DNA of 63,516 nucleotides, filler included, from Hyphochytrium catenoides (GCA_900088475.1; 12 parts of 12 records of this genome joined end to end with filler, not necessarily neighbours in it), one strand, 5' to 3'; numbered from the whole stretch's first letter, positions 12,920 through 25,007 are shown. Numbers and translations are program-made. Notes: generated from the letters alone by a model not told the origin.

Positions 12920-14717
12920 TCTTTCTCTCTCGCTCTCTCTAGCTCTCTTTCTCTTGAACTCTCTTTCTCTAGCTCTCTTAGCTCCCTTTCCCTCCTTATC
13001 CCTCAGAGCTGTTCGTTACAGTCTTCCTCTCCTCCCTTTTCTCTCTTCCTTCTCTCTCCTCCTTTCTCTCTCTGTGTGTCTCACTTTGTCCTGTCTGATG
13101 TTCACTTCCTTCCTTTTCGGTATTTGATCTGTGGTGTGCCTGCCCTCTCTGGTCTATGACCTGGCCCCAATTTTCTGTCAACGTCACTCAATAATGTACA
13201 GGGTCTACTACTACCTGCCCCTCTTCCCTTCTCTCGAAGACCTTTCGTCAACCACAATCAGGATCATTCCTTCCCTGATGGCTTGAACTTGCCAGGGCAA
13301 GCTCCTCACACCATCTCAGACCGCACGTTCTCTTTCCTTCTCTATGGGTTATATATTATTGTTCTTCCTACCCGCTCGCTCGGAGCTTCTTTGTCTCGGA
13401 GTCGTTTTTTTTTCCTTGAGGTAGCAGGAGAAGGTGCAAGTTCACTTACTGGGCAAGAGTCAGACACGGCTCTTATGATGGTTGCGTTGTCTTTAGCACG
13501 TTCTATAGACATTGCTAGCTTGTTTGATGAGCGAGTGGACTAGATAGCTATCTTCTTTGTTCATCTTGACAACACAGTGCTCTAGGAGTACCACAAGAAC
13601 CCCTCTTCTTCCTCTCCTGTCGTCGTCTGAGATCTATGGCTTACGTCCTCACTCCTTTATGGTGCGCTTTGCCAGTCATCAAGCATCACAAGGCTAAACC
13701 GGCAAAGACAAGCAAGTGATCACACGAGTCAGCAAAGCCTTAGATGAGCATTGTCGCGAAGGGGCTAAAATGTCTATGGAGGTTAGCAAGGGTCCTGCCT
13801 CGAAGAGGAAAGGAGACGATTGCAGAGTGCTGACGCGCTGTGTTGGGATGAAGTGCTGGCGGCCGTGGCAAGGCAAACAGAGTGGTACTTGAAGTGCTGG
13901 AAGACCCGCAAGGACCTCTTCTGCTCTACACTTCCCTTTCCCACGCCCTCTCTTGACCCCTCCCCATCATCGTTGCCTCTTCTACCCTATCCCTTATCTT
14001 ACCTCTCTCTCTCGCTGTCTATCCCTCTAATATTTCGATCTTACTTTTTGCCCCACACTCACTATGTCCTTGGTCCCGTCCCGCGTTGTTTGGCATGAAG
14101 TACTCCGCTAGTCCACGGCCTGGCGCACTACTATGGATCTACTACATCTTATCGAGTTACTTTCGTCCCTCCCTCTTCCCTGCCAGATCTTTCGACAAGC
14201 CCATAGATCCATCGTCTAGTTGATTCCTGAACGTTCTTCGGTGACTTCTGACGTGACATGCTCTCTTTCCTTCCGTCTGGTTCTACAGTCGTNNNNNNNN
14301 NNNNNNNNNNNNNNNNNNNNNNNNNNNNNNNNNNNNTTAATTAATTAANNNNNNNNNNNNNNNNNNNNNNNNNNNNNNNNNNNNNNNNNNNNCTCTCTCT
14401 CTCTCTCTCTCTCCCCATTTTTTTTCTCTCTCTCTCACACACTCTCCTGCCTTTATGCCCTCTCTCACAAAGCAGTGACTGTATGTCTCGGTGTATGTCT
14501 TTCTCTCCCATCCTGGCTCTCTCACTCAGCACGGAGTCTGTAGAGGTCTCAGCTGGGTCTCCACTCAGATTGCAGATTCCGGCCCCAAGTGAAGCACGAG
14601 CCGTGTACTTGAGAGACACCAAAGAGAGGAGAGAGAGAAGCGGGAGTCGAAGAGAGAGAGAAAGAAGAAGGCGAGAAGAGCCAGCACTTCTTAGTCGTCT
14701 CTCTCTTCCAAGGAGCG

Positions 14718-15435
14718 ATGGCGTCCGGAGACCTGAAGCCCAAGTTTGAGGCCGCCACGGATTTTGTCCGGAACGGAGGCTTGGAGTCCGCCAGCGTGGG
14801 CGCGGATGAGGCTCGGCAGCTCTCTCTTACTCTTTATGGCCTCTTCAAACAGGTAACCTTACCTCTGTCTCTATTCTCTCAGACAGCTCCCTCTTCTTTT
14901 GTCTCTCTTTCGCTGCTCTCTCTCTGAGAAATATTCTTCTATGTACGCATAAGTCTCTTCCTTCTCCAGCTCAGACTTTTCGTGCATCAATCTCACACTG
15001 GCGTTTCTTCTCTGTCTCTCTTCCTTCACGGGGTCTCTCTCTCCTTTTCTCTCTCTCTCTCTCCTTTTCTCTCTCTCTCTCTCTTTTCTTTTTCTCTCTC
15101 TCCCACCCACCCAATCTCTTTCTCTCTCCCTCTCTCTCTCTCTCTCATCAGGCGACAGTTGGCCAATGCACGGTCCCACAGCCGAGCTACTTTGACTTCG
15201 TGGGCCGTAAGAAATGGCAGGCGTGGCAGGAGCTGGGAGATCTCTCTCCGGAGGAGGCGATGCAGAAATACATCGACATCGTCGCCAAGAGAGCGCCGTC
15301 CTTCGCCGCCACGGTCAGTCCAGGAGCCGCCGAGGCGGTGGCGCAAATAGCGGCGCCAGCGATCTCAGGACCCGATGAAGTGCACGATGCCTACTTTATC
15401 ACAGGTATAAAAGAGAGAGAAAAAGAGGGAAAAGG

Positions 15436-15466
<31 letters not shown>

Positions 15467-15672
15467 AGAAGAGATAACAAAGCTTTATAGAGTCAAATTT
15501 GTTGTTGACTTTGCCTTTAGCCCTTTACTTAGCGAGGATTTGCTCTTTTTTTCTTGTCTCTTGCTATCTCTCTCTCTTTCCCCATCTCTCTCGTTCTTTC
15601 CCTTCTTTCACGTTTTTCCTCAATGAAGACCTTTCACGGTAGCTCCCTCTACTCCGTTGTATCTCATTTGCT

Positions 15673-15710
<38 letters not shown>

Positions 15711-16297
15711 CCTCTGGTGGAACGTGTGCGAAGGTATCACTGGATTTCTCGGCATCAGGCTGGCCCGCGCGCTCTTGGAGCGCAATCCAAATGCCAAGAT
15801 CTTCGCCCTGGCCCGGCATTCTCCTGAGGCCTTTGCGCTGATGATGAGCAGGTACGGTCTCTCTTTCTCTCTTCTTTCTTTCTCTCTCTCTCTCTCTCTC
15901 ACCAACATATCGGTCGTTTTGTCTGTCCCAGGCGTCTAGGAGAGTCTCTCGCCAAGCGCGTCCTCCACGTCTCTGGCGACATCACTCGTCCTAACCTCGG
16001 CCTCGAATCGAAAGACAAGGCCAAGCTCAAGGCCAACGGCGTCTCTTCTTTCTACCACTTGGCGGCTCTCTATGATCTCAACGCTGATGACGAACAGAAC
16101 AACGCGCTGAATATTAATGGGACGACCTACGCCGTGGATGTGGCCAACGATCTGGGCGTGACCTTTCATTATGTGAGCAGCATCGTGGTGGCCGGAGACT
16201 ATAAAGGCACTTTCTATGAGAACATGTACGATGTGGGACAGTCCCATAATGAGCCGTACTATAAGACCAAGTTCGTTGCCGAAGGTGAGAATCCTTG

Positions 16298-16345
<48 letters not shown>

Positions 16346-18081
16346 CCTCTCTCGCTGCGGTCGTCAGGCGCATGAACGTCTCCTAAGCCGTCTAAACTTT
16401 CTCTCTTCTCCTCTGCAGCAAATGTCACTCTTCTCTCTCTTTTCTTGTTTTCCACGTCACTCTATTATCGTCCCTCGCACCATCAAGTAATAGTATGTCT
16501 CTCTCTCTCCTTTCTCTCTTCTTGCTGTCTCTTCTTCTAGGCATCGTACGTGAGAAGTGCAAGGTTCCGATGCGCATCTACCGGCCGGGCATTGTGATCG
16601 GCTCCTCTGTGGACGGCGTAGCGGACAAGATTGACGGGCCGTACTATCTCTTCAAGACCATCCAACAGCTGCGCAAGTACACTATGGAGTGGATGGTCTT
16701 CCCGATGTTCCGCGGAGAGACTCTGCCTCTCGTCCCCGTGGACTACGTGGTCCGATCTATGGACAAGATCTCTCACAGAGCTGAGGCCAATGGCAAGACC
16801 TTCCATCTGGTGGATCCAGAGCCTCTGCCTTTCATTGAGATCATTAACGCCTTCTCAAAGGCCGCCCACGGCCCGAAGTTCTCTTCTCGGATCCTGGACA
16901 TGGTGATGGGGATCATCCCAGACGCCATCCGGACGCTGGAGACCAAGTTCCCTAACATTTATAAGACGCCGTTTGACATGTTTGCCAAGTTTGCTGGCAT
17001 CCCAGCTGGTGCGCTCAAATTTGTGGTCAATGGGACTGTGTACGACGACACCGAGACAGAGTCCGTGCTGACGAAGACTAAGAGCGGGATAGAGTGTCCC
17101 AAGCTGACGAGCTACGCGTACAAGATCTGGGACCATTGGGAGCGACAGATGGACCCAGAGCTGGACCGCCAGGGCGCGCTCAACTCAGCAGTGAGAGGCA
17201 AGATCGCCATGGTGACGGGCGGACACTCCGGCATCGGCCGGTCCATCGTGGACAAGCTTCTAAAGGCAGGCGTGCAGAAGGTGATCCTTGTCGGGAGGGA
17301 TGAGGGCGCCATGCAGCAGACCAAAATAGAGCTAGAAAGCCTTGGATACAGAGAGAAAGTCTACTATTACCGATGCGATCTCTCCATCGAGTCAGAAGCC
17401 ACAGCTCTGCCAGAGCGCGTGCTAGAGGACCACGACCGGCTAGATATCCTTATCAACAATGCGGGTCGCTCCATCCGCCGCTCTGTAGCCTTCCAGTACG
17501 ACCGCCTGCACGACTTCCGCCGGACCATCGAGCTCAATTACTTCGGAGCTCTGGCGCTGATCTTGGGCTTTCTCCCTAAGATGAGAGAGCAGAAGGGTGG
17601 CATGATCATCAACATCAGCTCCATCGGGGCGCAGACCAATCAGCCTCGCTTCTCCGCTTATGCCGCCAGCAAGGCTGCCTTGGACACCTTCTCTCGCTGT
17701 ATCAACAGTGAGATCTCTGAGGACAACGTGCTCTGCTCTACTATCTACATGCCGCTGGTGAAGACCAAGATGATTGCCCCAACACTGCAACAGAAGCGCG
17801 CAGGCGTTAACTATTATAACCGCGTCGCCATCTCCACGGAGGAGGCTGCGGACATGGCGCTGAAGCCTCTGGTGACGAAGGCAAGGACCGTAGCAACGAC
17901 GCTGGGGAACATTCTGCAGGTCCTCTACTGGATCTCTCCGGCGCTGGTGGATCAGATCTTCAGTGTGGTCTACAAGGTGGAGCCAGAGCAGACGCCGGAG
18001 GGAAAGAGAGACACGACGGATCAGGCGCTCGCGAAGGAGTCTCTAGCCCTGCTGCACATGTCCCGCGAGCTCATGCGGTGA
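14718..18081 (+). CDS. Acyl-CoA-binding domain fused to a two-domain (extended SDR + classical SDR) fatty acyl-CoA reductase, 799 aa; exons 14718-14852, 15152-15404, 15734-15851, 15932-16284, 16541-18081
   Basis: ACBP motifs LYGLFKQ|ATVG and KKWQAW...EEAMQKYI. First SDR: YFITG|ITGFLG, GDITRPNLGL, HLAALYDL, YYKTKFVAE, IYRPGIVIG. Second SDR: TGGHSGIG, LINNAGRSIRRS, PRFSAYAASKAALD, IYMPLVKTKMIAPT. Exons sum to 2400 nt in frame. Confidence 0.9.
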
Positions 18082-18125
18082 GATGGGTAGACCTCAAAAA
18101 AACAGGTGGCGTTTGTCTGGAGCCA

Positions 18126-18162
<37 letters not shown>

Positions 18163-18859
18163 GTGTCCAGCACCCAGACACCGGCTTTTCTCTCCTCCTC
18201 GGCAGCTCTGCCTCCTTGCACTTCCTCTTCCTCTCTCTGCAACTCTCTCTGCCTGGCCACAATTCGTGTTCAGTCTCACTCTCCTTAATATTGAATAATA
18301 AACTAGTGTCTCATCACCATGCTCTCATTATGTGATAACCCCTGTAAAGAGAAGAAGGGAAGAGAAGTACCTAGAAAAGTGGACTAGGAAAGAGAGTTCT
18401 TGTTGGTCTGCTTGATGTGCAAAGGAGGAGCAAAAGAGATAGAGCGGAGAGAAAGAGAGAGAAAGGCCCCTTCAGTAAAAGCTCTTTGTTGAACAAAGAG
18501 AGAGCGAGTGTCATGAGATGAAAGGCGTACGACACTATGTCTGTTCTAGTGATGTCCTAAGAAAGAGGCAGCTGCTATTCATGTCCCACCAGAACCTGCC
18601 ATCAAGAGTTATGTAGGAACTTCCAAGAGCGTCAGAGAGAGAAAGAGTGAGTAAGAGAGAGAGAGAAAGAGAGAGAGAGAAAACAGAGAGAGAGTAACTC
18701 ATGACAATGCCGGAGAAAGAGGATGAGAATCTATCGATTATCCTTTATAATGGTATTGAAAAGAAAGCTCTTCTGTGCTTGGCACATGCATCTCGTGTGC
18801 CGGGCTAAGGAAACGAGGAGAGTGGAAGCGTGACCACAACCACAGACTAACAAAAAGGT

Positions 18860-18922
<63 letters not shown>

Positions 18923-19024
18923 CCAAGAAAAGAGAGAACTCCCAAGACGAGGAGAGTCTCTTGAGCAGAGGAGGAGAGAGGTTTTGAGGGCTATATAAAA
19001 AAGCCTCGAACAAACAATGCGCTC

Positions 19025-20920
19025 TTAAGCATTGTACGTGTTGCCCAGGCTGTTAGTTAGACCGCGGTAGAGATCTAGCGCGGTGCGGCCGTTCTCTACC
19101 TGGAAGTTAGGATCGAAGCAGTATCCCTTGTTGCCCAGCGCAGGCAGGTTGCCGTTCTTCTCACAGCGAGGGTAGAGCCTCAGGAGCGTGAAGGCGTCAA
19201 TGCCAAAGCCTGCTGAGCTGGCGGAGGACTGGAACTTGATCTGATCAAAGGTGCTGACACCAATATCCAGGGCGTTCTCTCCAATATAATAGAGCCCGTT
19301 CGTGTTGGCCGCTCTCTTCGTGTTCGCAATGATGTCCAGGTTGCGACTCCACGCGCTGGAGGAGCCACACTCGGCCTGATCTGTCTTTTCCAGGGCAGTG
19401 TAAGTGTATTTGACGTTGTACTTCTTCAGCACTCTGTTGGCGATCTCATAGTAGAAGCTGTAGAATCCTTCGATGTTCACATAGCCACTGGTGGCTTCAG
19501 CGGGACGGCTAGGCAAGGCGTGCAGCCAGTGGACACCAGAGATCTTAGCGGAGAGCTCAGCACCAGTGCCACCGAAGACACCCTTAGCGGCGCTCAGGAC
19601 TCTGTCTCCATGCTCAAGGAGAGACTCTGCGTACCACTTGAGGAAGGCCTGGCCCTTGGCAGAGGCATAGTTGTTCGCTGTGTTAGGGTTAAAGAACCTG
19701 CTAGTCTGGAAGAAAGCATTCTTTCCGTCGTCGAAGGGGCAGTTGTTCTGACCGCTGGGAGCTTCTCCGCAGGCACCGAGAGCAAAGTCAAGGTTAGCAA
19801 AGGAGCTCGGGGCGTTGGTGGCGTTGAGGTAGGCGCGGTAGCTCTCCTGAGCGTACTTTCCATTGGAGACGAAGCAGCCTGCGCCAGGATAGTTCCAGCC
19901 AGTGATAGGCTGGTAGCCAGGATAGCGGAGCTCTCCCGCAGCTCCCATGCCTACCTCTATATCGACGATGACAGAGCCCATGAGGTCTCCCATGGCGCTC
20001 TTGAAGGCCGTCATAAACTGAGTGTATATCTGGATGGGCGTGCGCTTGCCTCCAGAGCCAGGGAACAGCGCCTTGTTGTCGACAAAGAGAGAGATGTACT
20101 CGGGGTTGTCGATGTTCTTGAAGGTATCGCGATAGAAGATCTCCTCCTTCTCAACGCTGTAGACGTCGCGCACGAACTTGGGGATAGGGATATCGCAGTC
20201 GTCGCCCACGTTGCCACCGCACTGGTGAAAGCTCATGACGGCCTGTACCTTCAGGTTCAGCCCCTTGCAGATCTCCATGAACTCTCTGTAGGTGTTGAAG
20301 TTGTACTGGTTAGGAGAAGGCTCAGCGATGCCCCACCAGACATCAGTCATCACGCCTGAGAAACCAGTGCTTGCCAGGTTGGTCAGCCACGAGACAAGGT
20401 TGCTCTTGTACGCCCAGTTGCCGCTGGCAGTGACCCAGTTCAGAGGCATCATCGCAAAGGTGAAAGTACCGCAGCGAATGGTCCCGTTCGGAGCTTCGAG
20501 GCCGCGCTCTGGCTGGACGCAGCGAGCTTCGTTGCCGTTGGAAGGGAACTGGAAGGGCCCATAGGTCCCTGCTTGGCACCGCTTGCACGCTCTGTTGGGG
20601 TTGGGAGCGACCGCGGCCTTCGGAGTTGGCGCTGGAGTCGGAGCCTCGGTGGTGGGCGCAGGGGTTGGGGCAGGCGTAGGAGAAGTTGTCGGCGCGGGCG
20701 TTGGCGCCGTAGTGGGGCCTGGAGTGGGAGCTACCGTTGGGGCGACAGTAGGTGTTGGAGAAGGAGTCGGCGCCGGAGTGGGAGCTGGCGTAGGTCCCGG
20801 CGTAGGGAGCACTGGTGGGGAGGTGGTGGGGCGGCCCGCGCAGATGACATCGTCCTGCCCGAGAGTGGGAGACGAGAGCGCGGAGAGAAGAGCAAACAAA
20901 GCGAGAGAAGTGATCTTCAT
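19025..20920 (-). CDS. Secreted GH14 beta-amylase with N-terminal Pro/Thr-rich linker, intronless
   Basis: ATG at 20920 and signal peptide MKITSLALFALLSALSSPTLG. GH14 motifs GVMTDVWWGIAE, MSFHQCGGNVGDDCDIP, GELRYP (catalytic E), KISGVHW, GENAL (catalytic E), FTLLRL. Confidence 0.95.
   Translation of the reverse strand: MKITSLALFALLSALSSPTLGQDDVICAGRPTTSPPVLPTPGPTPAPTPAPTPSPTPTVAPTVAPTPGPTTAPTPAPTTSPTPAPTPAPTTEAPTPAPTPKAAVAPNPNRACKRCQAGTYGPFQFPSNGNEARCVQPERGLEAPNGTIRCGTFTFAMMPLNWVTASGNWAYKSNLVSWLTNLASTGFSGVMTDVWWGIAEPSPNQYNFNTYREFMEICKGLNLKVQAVMSFHQCGGNVGDDCDIPIPKFVRDVYSVEKEEIFYRDTFKNIDNPEYISLFVDNKALFPGSGGKRTPIQIYTQFMTAFKSAMGDLMGSVIVDIEVGMGAAGELRYPGYQPITGWNYPGAGCFVSNGKYAQESYRAYLNATNAPSSFANLDFALGACGEAPSGQNNCPFDDGKNAFFQTSRFFNPNTANNYASAKGQAFLKWYAESLLEHGDRVLSAAKGVFGGTGAELSAKISGVHWLHALPSRPAEATSGYVNIEGFYSFYYEIANRVLKKYNVKYTYTALEKTDQAECGSSSAWSRNLDIIANTKRAANTNGLYYIGENALDIGVSTFDQIKFQSSASSAGFGIDAFTLLRLYPRCEKNGNLPALGNKGYCFDPNFQVENGRTALDLYRGLTNSLGNTYNA
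20610..20825 (-). repeat. Coding (PTPA/PTVA)n Pro-Thr repeat inside the beta-amylase
   Basis: PTPGPTPAPTPAPTPSPTPTVAPTVAPTPGPTTAPTPAPTTSPTPAPTPAPTTEAPTPAPTP. Confidence 0.9.
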
Positions 20921-21144
20921 CCTTGTCAAGAAGGGAAGGGCTCTATCCTATGGTCCTACGAGGGTCCTGCCAGTGGTCAGGAAAGGCTATTTATCCGGTA
21001 GACGGCCGAGGGAGAGGTGGCCGTAGATGATATCCGCCGGGAAACTTTTGGAATGATTGCGGAGACGGAGAGACCTGCCTCGTCTGAGGATCTTCCTCCG
21101 TAACTCAGCAGCCAAGCAACCCAGGGGAAGAGAAGAGGAGGGGC

Positions 21145-21179
<35 letters not shown>

Positions 21180-21638
21180 NNNNNNNNNNNNNNNNNNNNN
21201 NNNNNNNNNNNNNNNNNNNNNNNNNNNNTGCTGGTAGGAGATAGGAACATAGACTTGGGGCATGAGGTACGATAAACAAAATCCTAGCGCTTATTAGATC
21301 GCAGCCAGGGGAAGGGGCCGATGCGAACAAATAGAAGATAGAGGCAGACAGGAAAGAAAGAAGAGGAACCGAAAGAGATGAGAGAGAGAGGAAGACAGGG
21401 CAAGAGGAGAGGAAAGGTTGGGATCATCGTGCGGAGCAAGAGAGGCTCAAGGTCAAGTTGCCCTTACACGAGAGCCTCTTCTCTTTCCCTTGGTCCGCCC
21501 TGAGAGAATGGAAAGTTAGCCTTGAAGCTACGCCTGCGGCTCGTGGTTTGGCTATTGAATTAGAGGAGACTAGAGCAGAAGGGAAAGAGGAGAGCGGGAG
21601 AGAGAGAGAGCGGGAAGAGGTAAAGAGAAACAGAGCGG

Positions 21639-21676
<38 letters not shown>

Positions 21677-21900
21677 AGCATGCGTGCAAGACTGAGGTGG
21701 ACAGACAGCTGTGCAAAGGACTTCATCAAGCAAGAGAAGGGGATTTGGACTTGGCCCCAAGGCCGTGGAGGAGAGAAGAGGTAAGACGTCATCCCTAAAT
21801 AAGCGACAGACACAGAGAGAGATGAGCTTTCGGGCTTTTATTCATCTTCATTCTTTGTCCAGTTCTATCCTCGTTCCCAACTATCACTCTCTTCTACTCT

Positions 21901-21953
<53 letters not shown>

Positions 21954-24059
21954 TNNNNNNNNNNNNNNNNNNNNNNNNNNNNNNNNNNNNNNNNNNNNTT
22001 AATTAATTAANNNNNNNNNNNNNNNNNNNNNNNNNNNNNNNNNNNNNNNNNNNNTCTATGGGCCGATAGAGCCAAATGTTAACTATGGGGCTAATCAACA
22101 TGCCCACCCATCCCCGCCGTGTTTGGTGTTAGGAAATTATTGACTCTACTGATGAAACATTCCATAAGATGAAGAATCCTCTGTACTTTTGTTATCGTAA
22201 TATTGCGAGAAACATTTCAAGGATCTTTCAAGTTGAAGTGTAAGAATAAATGAGGAAAACGAGTGAGAGAGAATAGGAGAAACAGAAGGCGGTTCGAAGA
22301 GTATTACTTATGGTTTATCCCCGTCTTGTAGAGAGAGAGAAGGGTCAGAAGAGTATGGCTTGACAAGGCAAAGCCTTTGAGGTGAGACAGGCAATGAACT
22401 TAGGACTTTCTTCACTTCTACTTGTACGCAATGTACGGGAAGCTCTTTGGGATTTTGAGTCTCTTCCACCTTCCAGTTCCTCCCTTCCTACTCTCCCCTT
22501 GGCCCAAGCTTTGTCTCGTCTGGTTGATCTACAAGAGCGATGGCCCTCCTTGACTCTCAAATACCTAGGAGACAGTAGTGTAGGGAGTTTAGGAGTCGAG
22601 GCAGGTCAAAAATTTTGATATGGCATCATCTCAAGTCCAAACTGTCTCTTAGTTGCTAGTGTTAGGTCGTACAGTCGGGGAGTCCGGTTAAATGTATAGC
22701 CTTCCAAGAGGCATTCTTTGACCTTTGTCCGTTATCAAGGTTGTGGTCCGTATCTTTTGAGCCCAGCCATGCGAAATATCTAGCATGGCTGGAAAGTATC
22801 CTCTAAGGGATGAGAATGACAAGCAACCCAAAGCGCTGCTGAAGGGAATATTTCGGTGATTTCCCTTGCTTTTGGACGTAAGTTTCCATGGTTTTTCCCA
22901 TGACCAATTCCTCACTCAATCGCTGTTGCTTCTCCTTGATTTGGGTGCGGGCAGGTTGGTCTAAAAGAACCCAAATCCTGTTCCATTATTGCCGCAATTA
23001 AGATCTTGTAGAAGAGTGTAGAATAGGAACTATCGTTCAAAACCCAAAGTTAACAAGCAACGAGAAAAGGGACCTCGACTTATTAGGAATTATCTCTGTC
23101 GAGAGCCAGATACTAAGGAATAACATTTTTATCATCATGAATGTGTATTTAGTCTCAGAGTCAAATTTGGGAGAAATTCGTCAGATTTCGGAAACCTGTG
23201 TTTTGCCCTGATGGATCTACTTTTATTGCACTTCATAGAGAAATGTCATTGAGATTATAGTCAAATCAGAAGACTCTCTCTTTGAGGTAGAACTATATGC
23301 ACTTCTTCTATCGTCTGCGATATATAAACGCTGCTGAGTCTACGCTCGGTTTATGGAGATTCTATGGAGATGCAAGCTGTAGCTCTAGGGAGTTGGGCTC
23401 CACTAAGCCAAGCTGAGGATGTGTCGGGGAGGAGGAGGAAAGGTCACGAGGCATGGCACATGAGGTCGATACTGGATGATGGAGGACGGGGGGGCAGTGA
23501 CCTCTCTTCGACTATGATGGGCCTACGAAAGTGGAACTACTCCCTACACGTCGAAGATGATCATGAAGAAGAAATGCATTCTGAGAAAATGATTCTGTCG
23601 CCTATCCCGGCTTGTCACGACTCTTAGACGAGAATATTGTCGGCTGCTGCACGGTTCGCTGGTCTATTGTTCGTCTTATTCGCCATAACATTTGACCCTA
23701 TGATAGAGGAGCAGTTTATCGAGCCACTCTCATCGTTTAAAGCCAACAGGGCAATGCGCCATTGGGAAATATGGACAAATAATGGAGTCTCACAGCTATG
23801 CCACAACTGTGTCGAGAGTTTGGCGGAAGTAAGGGCTGCCCTCTACTTTTATTGATTGGAGGCAGAAAAGAGCAGTTCTGTACCATCTGCTACTAGAAGT
23901 CCTTTTTCATCTCAAGCTCTTTGCATCTCTGTTTCTCTCTCTTTTCATCATCACTATGTTACTACGAGTAAAGCAGCCAGCTCTCCTTCAAAGTCTCGTT
24001 AAACAGCAGCAAGAGGATTCGCTTGACTTGTTTTAGCTCAACCGTCCAATGCACGCATT

Positions 24060-24429
24060 TGAGAGCGCACAATTTTCCATGTTGTCAAAGTTGTTTGCAT
24101 TTGTTTGCTTGCTGTTTCAAAGGTTAATTAGCGGGGAAATGGGAGGCGCCAAGAAGGAGGTTTGGCGAGCAAAGCGCTGAAGGCAAAAATGTGCGCTTTT
24201 GCCTGCGTGCAAAACACTGATGGCAAAGTAAGTTTGCTGTTGGAAAGGTTCACAGAGAAAAGCGCTGACACAATATACTGGTGAAGTCAAAGAGCTGGTG
24301 ATTCAAAAGCGCACATTTTTCCATGTTTGCTTTTCCTGTTTGCAAGGCTTGTTTCAATCCAAAAATGTGCGCTTTTGCCTGCGTGCAAAACACTGATGGC
24401 AAAGTAAGTTTGCTGTTGGAAAGGTTCAC
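24060..24429. repeat. Composite direct/inverted repeat: identical 70-bp copies at 24184-24253 and 24360-24429, with an inverted 16-mer between them
   Basis: CAAAAATGTGCGCTTTT...GGAAAGGTTCAC occurs twice. AAAAGCGCACATTTTT at 24305-24320 is the reverse complement of the repeat head, and a related motif lies at ~24064. Confidence 0.85.
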
Positions 24430-25007
24430 TCTATCAACTTTCTTCTCTATCGCGTCCAGGAGGAAGCTGATATCGTATCTCTTTAGCTGAGTGCTTTTCT
24501 TCTGGAACTTGATGAATGATTAGTTTGTGAGCTAGTGCTCTTAACTGATAACTCTAGCTATATCTNNNNNNNNNNNNNNNNNNNNNNNNNNNNNNNNNNN
24601 NNNNNNNNNTTAATTAATTAANNNNNNNNNNNNNNNNNNNNNNNNNNNNNNNNNNNNNNNNNNNNTGTTGGACTAAGTTAGCCCCAGTTATAGCTTAGTC
24701 CGACAGAACACTCATATTCAAGAAGGCATGGGCTGGTACGTATCCAATGGTTAGACAACTGACGAACAAAAGAGGAGTAGTTGCGTCATCCCTCTGAAGA
24801 CTGCAGCAGTTGACACATATACAGTTTTGGTCAGTAAGTCTCTAATTGGCCTTTTTTTCTGGGTAAGGCCTGAAGCCGGTGTCTTTAAGTATATGCTACA
24901 GATATATAGCATTTGCGCTTAAAGATCTAGCAGAAGGGCTGACTAACCCTCACTCATTTCTCAACTTTCTCTCTGACCCGCAACTGGAAAGAGCAAAATT
25001 ACCTGAC

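Noticed and set aside
10846-20920. Alpha- and beta-amylase as a starch-utilisation gene cluster
   Set aside because: Separated by the artificial spacer at 14293-14392; the adjacency is unsupported.
19520-21026. Plus-strand ORFs (279 aa, and 147 aa GAGVG-rich) over the beta-amylase
   Set aside because: Antisense shadows of a GC-rich coding sequence and its PT repeat.
22055-23860. Short ORFs and a 10-bp inverted repeat (22763-22792) on the gene-poor piece
   Set aside because: Fragmentary frames with no recognisable domain; the hairpin could arise by chance.
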